Shown here: piece after piece, positions 54,504-62,947 of the stretch
How the letters are laid out: the number at the start of each line of letters is the position of its first letter
Position numbering within the stretch: position 1 is the stretch's first letter
Source: an uncultured Verrucomicrobiae bacterium
GTDB taxonomy: Bacteria; Verrucomicrobiota; Verrucomicrobiia; Chthoniobacterales; JAFAMB01
Assembly: GCA_963813025.1 (NCBI GenBank)
Contig: CAWEXO010000014.1
Location: 192,001 to 256,000 of the forward strand
Reading direction: 5' to 3'
DNA length: 64,000 nt
The notes under the pieces: generated by a model
Database searches by the model: none
The model's input: the letters and a program-made list of their open reading frames with translations, nothing else
Told to the model about the DNA's origin: nothing
Made by a program: the position numbers and the translations under genes

Positions 54504-54716
54504 ATGAAAACAACAATGACTGACTTACCTGAGCTGGATCTGTCGGACGTAGGGTTGATCGAACTCATCTCTCTTGATGAAGCTCAACATCCTCATTCGG
54601 GCTTCCAGGCGTGCACTCTCTGCTCATGCAGTAAATTTAATCCGACAAACGAGTATCCGCCCTATGGAAAATGCAAAACAGACGGTTGCGGGCACGAATA
54701 TAATGATCATAGCTGA
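54504..54716 (+). CDS. Small Cys/His-rich hypothetical protein (putative Zn finger)
   Basis: CTLCSCSKF...CKTDGCGHEYNDH. Confidence 0.5.
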   Translation: MKTTMTDLPELDLSDVGLIELISLDEAQHPHSGFQACTLCSCSKFNPTNEYPPYGKCKTDGCGHEYNDHS

Positions 54717-55122
54717 TCTTCTTTAGGCCTTGCATGCAGACGCCCTGATTTACGGTCGAGTTACAGAAAGGACGACCCTCTTGCGCGCTGAAGAATTTGT
54801 ACGCTAGGGGATTTGGACCCCCGACCCGCCAGGACGAGCCAGGGGCTGTTGTTCAACCGGAGTTGTGGAGAGAAGCCATCGACCTCCCTCCAAACGCTGG
54901 GGACGTACGGTCCAAAAGAGCCTTACAAGAAGAGCCCTGACTCGCCCTCGACTTTCGAGTCAGAGCCTGTCCCAACCATATGAAGGGAGATGCGTTTTCC
55001 CTTCGCAAGCTGAAGACGCGTTGTCACATACCAGCGTTACAGCGAATCCGACTCTAATCGAATCCGTCTAGCCAACTACACGATTGACAGAGTTGCAGAA
55101 GTTCGCTGAAAAAGGGAATCCC

Positions 55123-55560
55123 ATGGCAGCAACGGAGAACAAAGCAGTGATCACCAGTTTTGTTGAGGAAGTCATCAATCAAGGTCAGCTTGAGCGGGCG
55201 GACGATCTCGTGGCCGCTGATTTCGTGGAACTCGACCCTCTTCCTGGCCAGCAGCAGGGGCGCGCAGGTCTTAAACAGGTGATTGGTGCGTTTCGCACCG
55301 CCTTTCCCGACATCCATTGGGTGATCGAGGAGATGGTAGCAGAAGGGGAAAAGGTATTTAGCCGCTTTACCTGGCATGGCACTCATCGCGGCGAATTCTT
55401 CGGCGTTCCTGCCACAGGCAAGCAGATAACCGTGAAAGGTATGGTTGTCGATCGGCTGGTGGCCGGCAAGATGGCGGAGAGTCGAATCCTAATGGATGGC
55501 CTGAGCATGATGACGCAGCTTGGTGCCATTCCCGTGGGGAAGCCGCCGGAAGAGAGGTAG
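55123..55560 (+). CDS. SnoaL-like ester cyclase
   Basis: ENKAVI, FRTAFPD, GTHRGEFFGVPATGK, MTQLG. Confidence 0.92.
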   Translation: MAATENKAVITSFVEEVINQGQLERADDLVAADFVELDPLPGQQQGRAGLKQVIGAFRTAFPDIHWVIEEMVAEGEKVFSRFTWHGTHRGEFFGVPATGKQITVKGMVVDRLVAGKMAESRILMDGLSMMTQLGAIPVGKPPEER

Positions 55561-55585
55561 AGCGATGGTGCGGAACAACGTAAGT

Positions 55586-55906
55586 CTATGGGCTCTGGCT
55601 TTCCGCGGTGAGCTTCCTTATTGCTGCACCTTGGTCCGACTGGCCTAACGCGATAAACCTGACCTGCGAACCGTCCCATTCAACGCCCGTCCAAGTACCG
55701 TCTGGGGCTAAATACATGATCCGATAACCCGCGATCGATCCTTAGTGCCAATTCTCAATTTTTCGCAAGACCGCTTCCAGGTCGTCGGCCACCGACTTCG
55801 TGCCTTTTCCGGTGTCTGTGATTTTGACGACGTTCAAGTTCATCGTGTAGGTGAAATCGACCTGGCACTCTGAGCGGTTGAGCTGATGGGCGGGATCAAG
55901 TGGCAT
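55586..55906 (-). pseudogene. Hypothetical protein with one premature stop
   Basis: MPLDP...EAVLRKIENWH*GSIAGYRIMY...; in-frame TAA at 55742-55744, frame continues to 55586. Confidence 0.5.
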
Positions 55907-56037
55907 AAGGCCAGCTTACGCGCTTTGCGTTGAAATTCTAACCTCCGTCTAAAAGCAATAAAGAAATCCCATCAGTTGGCGAAACTCATGCGCGTTATCG
56001 TCCCCGGCCGTTTACTACTGGTTCAGAGGCTTTCTCT

Positions 56038-56244
56038 TCATGGGAAGAAGAACGCTCGCTCCTGGCGCTGTTTGAGCGCCTCAAAAAGCCGGACGCGCTT
56101 CGTTATTCCCGGCATGGGATCATCAATCCCGATCTGTGACAGGAGTTTCCCGATTTCGCTCCCGGTGAGGCCTGTGGAAGTATCCGCTAGAACTTCACAG
56201 ATTCTTTCCAACACACTTAAGTCGAATGCAGCAAGCGCCGCCAT
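56038..56244 (-). pseudogene. TIGR02391/AbiJ-N-terminal-like protein, truncated
   Basis: LERICEVLADTSTGLTGSEIGKLL...TKRVRLFEAL; ends after 68 aa. Confidence 0.65.
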
Positions 56245-56451
56245 TTATCGAAGCTAAACTTGGCTAGGCTAATCTAATTCTCCGCGTGTCGCCAGCGTGC
56301 GTGCTGGCGCAGTCATCTCGTTCGGCTGGAGCGGCAGGGGCGAACGCCGCCCCCAGAGCAAAGCGGTAGCCTTGGGTGTTGGGGTAGAGTCTAGTTGGTA
56401 GAGACTTGTGTAAGTCCAACGATCCATGGACCTTATGTGGATAGCATCACC

Positions 56452-56495
56452 GGTTTACACCCAGTAGGTCGGGGGTTCGATTCCCTCACCGTGCA
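56452..56495 (+). repeat. attR1: duplicate of the tRNA-Val 3' half
   Basis: Identical to 45362-45405. Confidence 0.92.
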
Positions 56496-56569
56496 TGTTG
56501 TTCATTATAAAGGACTTATCGAGAGCACACCAAAACAGAAGGAAGCGAGAGGGAATAGATTATTTGTCC

Positions 56570-56893
56570 TTTAGTCACGCTGCACCCACCGAATATCTTA
56601 GCCATCAACGCATCGCTTATCAGGTTTTTGCCGAAGGAGAGGCGGGGCTGTCAGCAGTGCAGAAGGGTCGGATCGATGCCTTGGTGTATGACCGGCCGCT
56701 GCTTTTGTGGCTCGTCAACGAGCACTTCTCCGGCTCGCTGAGGGTGCTGGACGCGACCTTTGATCCGCAGCTCTATGCGATCGCGCTGCCGCAGGGCAGC
56801 GAGCTACGGATCCCAATCGACCTTGCCCTGCTCGACGCAATTCGGAGTGATTGGTGGCGGGAGACGCTGCTTGCGTATCCTGGGCCTGGCTGA
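56570..56893 (+). pseudogene. Amino-acid-binding (SBP family 3 / GluR0-like) C-terminal remnant
   Basis: GRIDALVYDRPLL, FDPQLYAIALPQGSELR; N-terminus missing. Confidence 0.65.
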
Positions 56894-56974
56894 GGTCAGT
56901 ATCGAGATTTGCCTGTTCCCTGGGGAACGGCTTAACATAGACATCTCCGGATAATCCAGGAAGTATTTACGCAA

Positions 56975-57005
56975 GTCGGGGGTTCGATTCCCTCATCGTG
57001 CACCA
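56975..57005 (+). repeat. attR2: tRNA-Val T-arm/3' end copy ending in CCA
   Basis: gtcgggggttcgattccctcatcgtgcacca; one mismatch to the tRNA body. Confidence 0.85.
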
Positions 57006-57033
57006 TTCCGGATTTGTTTAAACGATATCGATA

Positions 57034-57201
57034 ATGGCTCTTCATTCAGCAAAGGCTGTTTTGGTACTGGCGGGCGCATTGCTTCTGGGTGCGTGTGCCG
57101 CTACGGATACTGGGAAACAGGATGATCCGGTCGTTTTTGGAACCGCTAGCGGAGCGAACGGCGGCGCGGGTGTGACCAGCGGAATGAGCTTACACTGGTA
57201 A
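57034..57201 (+). CDS. 55-aa lipoprotein
   Basis: MALHSAKAVLVLAGALLLGAC lipobox; ends GVTSGMSLHW; below the ORF-track cutoff. Confidence 0.6.
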   Translation: MALHSAKAVLVLAGALLLGACAATDTGKQDDPVVFGTASGANGGAGVTSGMSLHW

Positions 57202-57281
57202 CAACTCGATCATGACAAATTGCCCGCAGATGGAATTTTAGGGCTCGCGTGCGGCCATGGCCAATTTTAAGATCGGCTTGG

Positions 57282-57527
57282 ATGAGCGATCTGACCTCCG
57301 AGGAGGAAAAGCAGCTTGATACGGCAATTCAGAATTCCGCAGACGCCCGGAAAGAGTACGTCAGGGCTTTAAGGACCCGCAACCCCGATTTGGAGTATTT
57401 TATGGGTGAAGTCGAGAAGACTTCTGAGACTGAGCAGTCATTAATTGTCGAGCTAGCTGAAAAGCACGGAATTGAGCCCGAATCGCTTAGACCTTTGTGG
57501 CCGGGATGGCATTATTCTGGTGACTGA
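57282..57527 (+). CDS. Hypothetical protein
   Basis: 81-aa acidic, helical-looking ORF; no recognised motif. Confidence 0.45.
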   Translation: MSDLTSEEEKQLDTAIQNSADARKEYVRALRTRNPDLEYFMGEVEKTSETEQSLIVELAEKHGIEPESLRPLWPGWHYSGD

Positions 57528-57601
57528 ATGCGGCCGCGAACACTCGCGGTGTCCGAAAGTCTCGAGTTGATCACGCGGTGCCGGCATCGAACGCCGGTCG
57601 C

Positions 57602-58294
57602 TCACTTCGCACTCGTGCGGCGAGCGCGGGGATACCAGCGGGAGAGCAAACTCGGCGAAACTCCGCACCAGTACAGCAGTTGCAACAGCGTCCAACGCAG
57701 CCACACGAGCGCGAAGTTGCGTTGCTCAAATCGGCGCGAGGAGGTTACAATCCGGCAGTTCAGATGGACGAAACGGCCGACTCGACGCAAACGCCGGAGC
57801 AAGTCCAAATCTTCGAAAAGCGGGAAGGAACGGAAGCCTCCAATCTGGCGATAGACGTCTCGCCTGACAAAGATTCCTGAATCACCGTAGCACAGACCAA
57901 AGATGCGCAAGAGCGGGTAGATGGCAGTAAGTTGCCTGGCAGCACGCGACGGGCCATCGAACAACAGGCCGAAATTGCCGCCGACGGTAGATTTCGCTTC
58001 AAGACTCTTACCGATGTGCTCCAAGGCATGTGGTGGAGGAATGGTATCAGCATGAAGAAACCAGAGGACATCTCCCGTTGCTTCAAGGGCTCCGATGTGC
58101 ATTTGTAAGCCTCGTCCCATCGGAGCCTCGCATACGAGAACGTTTTGCGCACAAGCGAGCGGAACGGTTCGATCTGTACTGCCGCCATCGACCACGATGA
58201 TCTCCTTTTCACCCGGGAGTCGCTGGAGACTGCGAATAGTCTCTACGATATCAGCTTCTTCATTGACCGTGGGAACGATGATGCTGACGCTCAT
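57602..58294 (-). CDS. GT2 glycosyltransferase, TIGR04283-like
   Basis: VVDGGSTD, GRG.QM, WFLHADT, YGDSGIFVR, FEDLDL, TSSRR. Confidence 0.88.
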   Translation of the reverse strand: MSVSIIVPTVNEEADIVETIRSLQRLPGEKEIIVVDGGSTDRTVPLACAQNVLVCEAPMGRGLQMHIGALEATGDVLWFLHADTIPPPHALEHIGKSLEAKSTVGGNFGLLFDGPSRAARQLTAIYPLLRIFGLCYGDSGIFVRRDVYRQIGGFRSFPLFEDLDLLRRLRRVGRFVHLNCRIVTSSRRFEQRNFALVWLRWTLLQLLYWCGVSPSLLSRWYPRARRTSAK

Positions 58295-58369
58295 ATCAAG
58301 GCAAACAAGCTACTTATTCCGGAGCACCACGCCAGATCGCCGGACCGAGTGCTGTAATTGCCGACCGGC

Positions 58370-58660
58370 TTACTCCACGAGCAAAGCGAGTACTACAAGC
58401 ACCATTCCGGCGAGAATTAAGAGAGCCAGAGAATGCCATAATCCCGCGACCAGAGAACCAGCGGCAGCGCCCAACGCGTAGCAGATCCCAGATCGTGATC
58501 GGAAGACTGATTGTCCCCCGATCTTTTGGCCGATGGCCTCGGTTCGCGAACCGGAGCATCACATTCTCGGCCAATCTTTCTAAATCGCCGGTAATAAACG
58601 CAGTGTTCAGGGACACAGAGCCGAATTTAGTGAAAGCTGCGTTCTGTACGCCGAGAATCA
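58370..58660 (-). pseudogene. YoaK/DUF1275 membrane protein C-terminal remnant
   Basis: LGVQNAAFTKFGSVSLNTAFITGDL, frameshift, then CYALGAAAG. Confidence 0.6.
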
Positions 58661-58918
58661 GTAATCATCTTGACGCGCCTTCGTGCTGGTTTGGTCATGG
58701 TAGAGCGCAGTCGGTCGTTCCGGGTTCGACCGCTCACCCGCCCCGTTCGCGAGAGACAATTGACCGGGCTCACCACGATTTTTTAATCCTGGGCTTCTGA
58801 TCTTTCTTTTAGCGGGAGCAAGTGCCACAGCGATACGGCGTTCCGAGTGCCGATAAGCTAGTGCGAGTGCCAGTGCCAGTGAGTTGGCATAGCTCAACTC
58901 CCCTACTGACCTGTTCCG

Positions 58919-59057
58919 GTACGGCGAGAATTTAGAGACTGTCTCCGCAACATGGCCTTGGCCCTGCTCTGGTAGGACGAAAATTTATCCGAGCCTTAGC
59001 GAGTACTCGTTTGAGCCGGACACTGGAGCTGCCACACCGAAGACGCCTCAAACAAGT
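58919..59057. repeat. GGTAGGGCGA-family element, degenerate copy E
   Basis: GGTAGGACGAAAATT, tttgagccgg and ctcaaacaagt modules; 58922-58952 matches the reverse complement of copy A's right flank. Confidence 0.65.
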
Positions 59058-59111
59058 GTTAAGTGTGGATGATGATAACGCACTGCAAAGAGATCGAGCG
59101 GAAAAAAATGC

Positions 59112-59160
59112 TTGCCATGGTGATAAGATCGATCTAAAGAAAAGGATTTAGATCGATCTA
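59112..59160 (+). promoter_or_regulatory. Promoter with two LacI-type operator palindromes
   Basis: TTGCCA at 59112; AGATCGATCT at 59126-59135; TAGATCGATCTA at 59149-59160. Confidence 0.65.
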
Positions 59161-59237
59161 GATCTTCCCGTTTCCCTCCTATGTGCAGATCCAAATGCTG
59201 AATTTTGCCGCGCCGAACGATCGCCGCTGTCCTACTG

Positions 59238-60299
59238 ATGAAGAAAATTCGCCCCTCCCGCGTCACCCTGCTCGACATCGCTGCCGATGCCGATGTCTCG
59301 CGTGCAACTGTTTCGCTGGTGATTCGCAATGTGTCCACGGTCGCTGAAAGTACGCGAAATCGCGTTTTAACCTCCATTAAACAGTTGGGCTATGTCTATC
59401 ATCGCGGGGCCGCTAACCTGCGGAGGCAGCAATCGCACGCGGTCGGCCTGATTGTCTCGGATATTACCAATCCATTCTTTGCCCAAGTCACTCTGGCGAT
59501 TGAAGAAAAGTTGGCCGCAGACGGCTTCGTCGCCCTGCTGGGAAACACTGCGGAAGATCTCGCCAAAGAGGAGCGCCTGCTCAAAACCATGCGCGAGTTT
59601 CCGGCTGACGGAATTCTGATCTGCCCGGCGCTTACCGAGCAGCCGACGACTCCTTTCCGGGGAAACGGAGGACTGTGTCCTACTGTTGCTTTTGCCCGGC
59701 GAACTCCGGGTCTCGATTACGCCGGAATCAATAACTGCCTCGGCGCAGAACTGGCGATCGAACACCTCTACAAAGTTGGGCATCGTCGGATCGCGTTCCT
59801 GGGAGGTAACCCAACGATCTCGACGGGCGCCGAGCGCTTGAAGGGTTATCAAAAGACGTTTCTGCGGCGGAAGCTGAAGTTCGATCCACGCTTCGTGGTC
59901 CCCTCTATTCCCAACCGCCGTGGTGGTTACGAAGGCGTCCGCCAACTGTTGCAATTGAGCAAGCCCCCGACTGCAGCACTCTGTTTCAACGATGTGGTCG
60001 CGCTCGGCGCTCTGGAAGCCATCCAGCATCTTGGACTGAAACCGGGCGTCGATTTTGGGATCGTCGGATTCAACAATATCTCCGATGCCGCGCAGAGTGT
60101 ACCCGGGTTGACCACCGTTGATACGTTTCCGCGGCGACTAGGCGAGTTGGCCGCTGAGCTACTATTGAGGCGCATTCATGAGCCTTTGCTTCCTCGCCAG
60201 GAACTGATTCTGGAACCGCGATTAGTTGTTCGGGATTCGTGCGGAGCAAGTAATCCGAGCGGAAAGAAGCCTCCATCACAGGCGAAATCAGTATCGTGA
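59238..60299 (+). CDS. LacI family transcriptional regulator
   Basis: TLLDIAADADVSRATVS, DITNPFF, CFNDVVALG, LTTV. Confidence 0.96.
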   Translation: MKKIRPSRVTLLDIAADADVSRATVSLVIRNVSTVAESTRNRVLTSIKQLGYVYHRGAANLRRQQSHAVGLIVSDITNPFFAQVTLAIEEKLAADGFVALLGNTAEDLAKEERLLKTMREFPADGILICPALTEQPTTPFRGNGGLCPTVAFARRTPGLDYAGINNCLGAELAIEHLYKVGHRRIAFLGGNPTISTGAERLKGYQKTFLRRKLKFDPRFVVPSIPNRRGGYEGVRQLLQLSKPPTAALCFNDVVALGALEAIQHLGLKPGVDFGIVGFNNISDAAQSVPGLTTVDTFPRRLGELAAELLLRRIHEPLLPRQELILEPRLVVRDSCGASNPSGKKPPSQAKSVS

Positions 60300-60315
60300 A
60301 CACTGAGACTCTCAG

Positions 60316-61335
60316 ATGAAAAATGGTAACAAGCTCGGATGGGCGTTGATCGGCGCGAGTGACATCGCAAGAACACGGATGATCAATGCGATCAACAGCC
60401 AACCGAACAGCCGGGTTGAGGCGGTTTTCAGCAGCGATCCCGTGCGCGCCGAGACCTATGCCCGAGAGAATAACGTCCCAAAGGTATGTCCCAATCTCCC
60501 GGAAGCCCTGCACGATCCGGACATCGATGTCGTATACATCAGCACAACCAATGAACTTCACCGCTATCAGGCCGTTGCCGCAGCTCGCAGTGGAAAACAT
60601 ATCCTCTGCGAGAAACCTCTGGCGCTCTCCATGGCCGACGCGCAGCAGATGATTCGGGCGGCCCAGGAAGCGGGCGTGGTTTTTGGGACAAATCATCATC
60701 TACGGTGCTCGGTCACGCACCGAACCCTGCGAACAATGGTCAAGGGAGGTGCGATTGGCCGGCCACTAGCCGCCCGCGTGTTTCATGCAGTCTATCTTCC
60801 ACCGCGTTTGCAAGGCTGGCGAGTAAGGCGGCCAGAAGCCGGCGCAGGAGTGGTCCTCGATATAACGGTGCATGATGCGGACACGTTGCATTTTATCCTG
60901 GACTCGGACGTAGAAGACGTCAGCGCGCGTTCTGCTCATCAAGGGATGGCTCAAGGCGGGATCGAAGATGCGGTCATGGGTGTCATGCATTTGCGCGGCG
61001 GAATATTGGCGCAGTTCCACGACGCCTTTACCATTCAGCATGCTCCGACTGGTCTGCAGATTCACGGGACTGAAGGATCGCTGTTGGCAACAGATGTCAT
61101 GACCCAAGAGCCGATTGGTCGCATCATTCTGCGGAAAGGCGATCGCGAAATGGAGGTAACCCTCGACCCGCCCGAGGATTTATATGTTTTTGCGGTACGC
61201 CATTTTAACGAAGCGGTTCTGACCGGCGGAGAACCCTTCGCGACCGGTGATGATGGACTGCGTTCGCTTGCGGTGGGTCTTGCCGTGCAGGAGTCAGCTC
61301 AAACCGGTCGTCGAACCGCCGTTCACTACGCCTGA
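60316..61335 (+). CDS. afr: 1,5-anhydro-D-fructose reductase-like Gfo/Idh/MocA oxidoreductase
   Basis: STTNELH, CEKPLA, GTNHHLR, ARVFHAVYLPP.LQGWR, LDITVHDAD, QFHDAF match Afr of Ensifer/Sinorhizobium. Confidence 0.85.
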   Translation: MKNGNKLGWALIGASDIARTRMINAINSQPNSRVEAVFSSDPVRAETYARENNVPKVCPNLPEALHDPDIDVVYISTTNELHRYQAVAAARSGKHILCEKPLALSMADAQQMIRAAQEAGVVFGTNHHLRCSVTHRTLRTMVKGGAIGRPLAARVFHAVYLPPRLQGWRVRRPEAGAGVVLDITVHDADTLHFILDSDVEDVSARSAHQGMAQGGIEDAVMGVMHLRGGILAQFHDAFTIQHAPTGLQIHGTEGSLLATDVMTQEPIGRIILRKGDREMEVTLDPPEDLYVFAVRHFNEAVLTGGEPFATGDDGLRSLAVGLAVQESAQTGRRTAVHYA

Positions 61336-61351
61336 TCAACCTCTTTTCTCA

Positions 61352-62944
61352 GTGACAAAATCCAAGATTATACCTTTGGCAAAGGTCGGTGAATTGATTC
61401 CCGATCACGCCACCCTCACGATTAGTTCGTCCAGTGGTTTAGGCTGCCCGGATGCCGCTCTGAAATCGATCGGCGATTATTTTGTGAAGGAAGGTCGGCC
61501 ACGCAGCATCACTTCGATTCACCCGATTGCGGCTGGCGACATGTATGGCATCGCCGGAATCGATCACTTGGCCCAGGCCGGTCTTTTGAAACGCGTCATC
61601 GCGGGTTCGTTTCCGAGCGGCCCTTCCTCAATGCCAAGCCCGAAGATCTGGCAAATGATTATCGGCGATCAGGTCGAGGCTTACAACGTGCCCAGCGGCA
61701 TCCTTTTCCATCTGCACCGCGAATCGGCCGCGGGTCGCCCCGGCATCCTGACAAAGGTGGGGATGGATACGTTCGTCGATCCCCGGCGGCAGGGCGCACG
61801 GATGAACGACTGTAGCACCGAAGACATCGTCCGGATCGTGAACTTCGAAGGCGACGAATGGTTATTTTTTCCCGCCATTCCCCCGAATGTCGCGATTATT
61901 CGGGCAACGACTGCCGACGAGCACGGCAACCTTACCATGGAGCACGAAGGCGCTTACCTGGGAGCGTTCGATCAGGCGCTGGCAGCACGCAACAATGGGG
62001 GTGTTGTCATTGCCCAGGTAAAAAGGTTAACGGCTTTCGGCACTTTGCGGCCTCAACAGGTTCGCGTACCGGGCGTGCTGGTGGATTACGTCGTCGTCGA
62101 TCCGGACCAGCAGCAAACGACGCAGACCGCTTACAACCCCGCAATTAGCGGTGAGATCTTCCGGCCGCTGTGGGATTTCCAACCCATTGAGTGGGGCATC
62201 GATAAAATTATTGCGAGACGGGCTGCCCTGGAGCTGAACGAGGAAGACGTCGTAAACCTCGGTTTCGGCATCTGCGCCCTGGTTCCCCGAATCCTTCTGG
62301 AAGAAGGCCTCCACGGCGAGGTTACCTGGGTGATCGAACAGGGTGCGGTTGGCGGCATGCCGCTGTTAGGTTTTGCTTTCGGTTGCGCCTCGAATGCGGA
62401 TGCAATTGTGCCCTCGACGGATCAGTTCACCTTCTTTCAAGGAGCGGGTTTTGACTCCAGTTGTCTCTCCTTCCTGCAAGTCGATCAGGAAGGCAATGTC
62501 AACGTCTCACGCCTGTCCTCACGCCCGCACGTGACGGCCGGGTGCGGCGGCTTCATCGATATCACGTCGACCGCTCGCGCAATCCTCTTCTGCGGGTATT
62601 TCACCGCGGGCGGTCTGGAACTGCGGGTGGAGGATAGCCGGCTGCGGATCATCAAGGACGGCAAAAACCGGAAATTTGTTTCGGCGGTTGAGCATGTGAC
62701 TTTCAGTGGCCGCCGAGCGCGACAACTCAACCAAAAGGTGTTATATATTACCGAACGCTGCGTCCTTCGTCTCGAGCCGGAAGGTTTGACGATCATTGAA
62801 ATCGCCCCCGGCATCGATTTAAAACGTGACGTCCTCAATCAGGCGGAAATTCCGCTTCGGGTGAGCGACACGCTCAGAACAATGGATCAGCGGATCTTTC
62901 AACCAGAGCCGTTTGGCCTGAAGCTCAACCCTAAGTTCGGCTAG
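61352..62944 (+). CDS. Acyl-CoA:acetate/3-ketoacid CoA transferase (YdiF/Pct family)
   Basis: VGMDTFVDPR, ADEHGNL, VNLGFGI, IEQG catalytic Glu, GNVNVS, YITER. Confidence 0.93.
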   Translation: MTKSKIIPLAKVGELIPDHATLTISSSSGLGCPDAALKSIGDYFVKEGRPRSITSIHPIAAGDMYGIAGIDHLAQAGLLKRVIAGSFPSGPSSMPSPKIWQMIIGDQVEAYNVPSGILFHLHRESAAGRPGILTKVGMDTFVDPRRQGARMNDCSTEDIVRIVNFEGDEWLFFPAIPPNVAIIRATTADEHGNLTMEHEGAYLGAFDQALAARNNGGVVIAQVKRLTAFGTLRPQQVRVPGVLVDYVVVDPDQQQTTQTAYNPAISGEIFRPLWDFQPIEWGIDKIIARRAALELNEEDVVNLGFGICALVPRILLEEGLHGEVTWVIEQGAVGGMPLLGFAFGCASNADAIVPSTDQFTFFQGAGFDSSCLSFLQVDQEGNVNVSRLSSRPHVTAGCGGFIDITSTARAILFCGYFTAGGLELRVEDSRLRIIKDGKNRKFVSAVEHVTFSGRRARQLNQKVLYITERCVLRLEPEGLTIIEIAPGIDLKRDVLNQAEIPLRVSDTLRTMDQRIFQPEPFGLKLNPKFG

Positions 62945-62947
62945 TCC

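Larger units (their letters stand above)
45406..56495. mobile_element. Degenerate genomic island integrated in tRNA-Val
   Basis: 44-bp direct repeat of the tRNA 3' half (45362-45405 = 56452-56495); cargo of IS pieces and pseudogenes; no integrase seen. Confidence 0.85.

Noticed and set aside
55742..55744. Stop-codon readthrough or recoding
   Set aside because: TAA in a decayed island is more simply a nonsense mutation; no recoding signal is visible
56452..57005. Additional tRNA-Val genes
   Set aside because: Only 3' fragments lacking the 5' acceptor strand and D-arm; these are att sites
58680..58745. tRNA-like sequence (ggtagagcg ... gggttcga)
   Set aside because: No acceptor or anticodon stems can be formed
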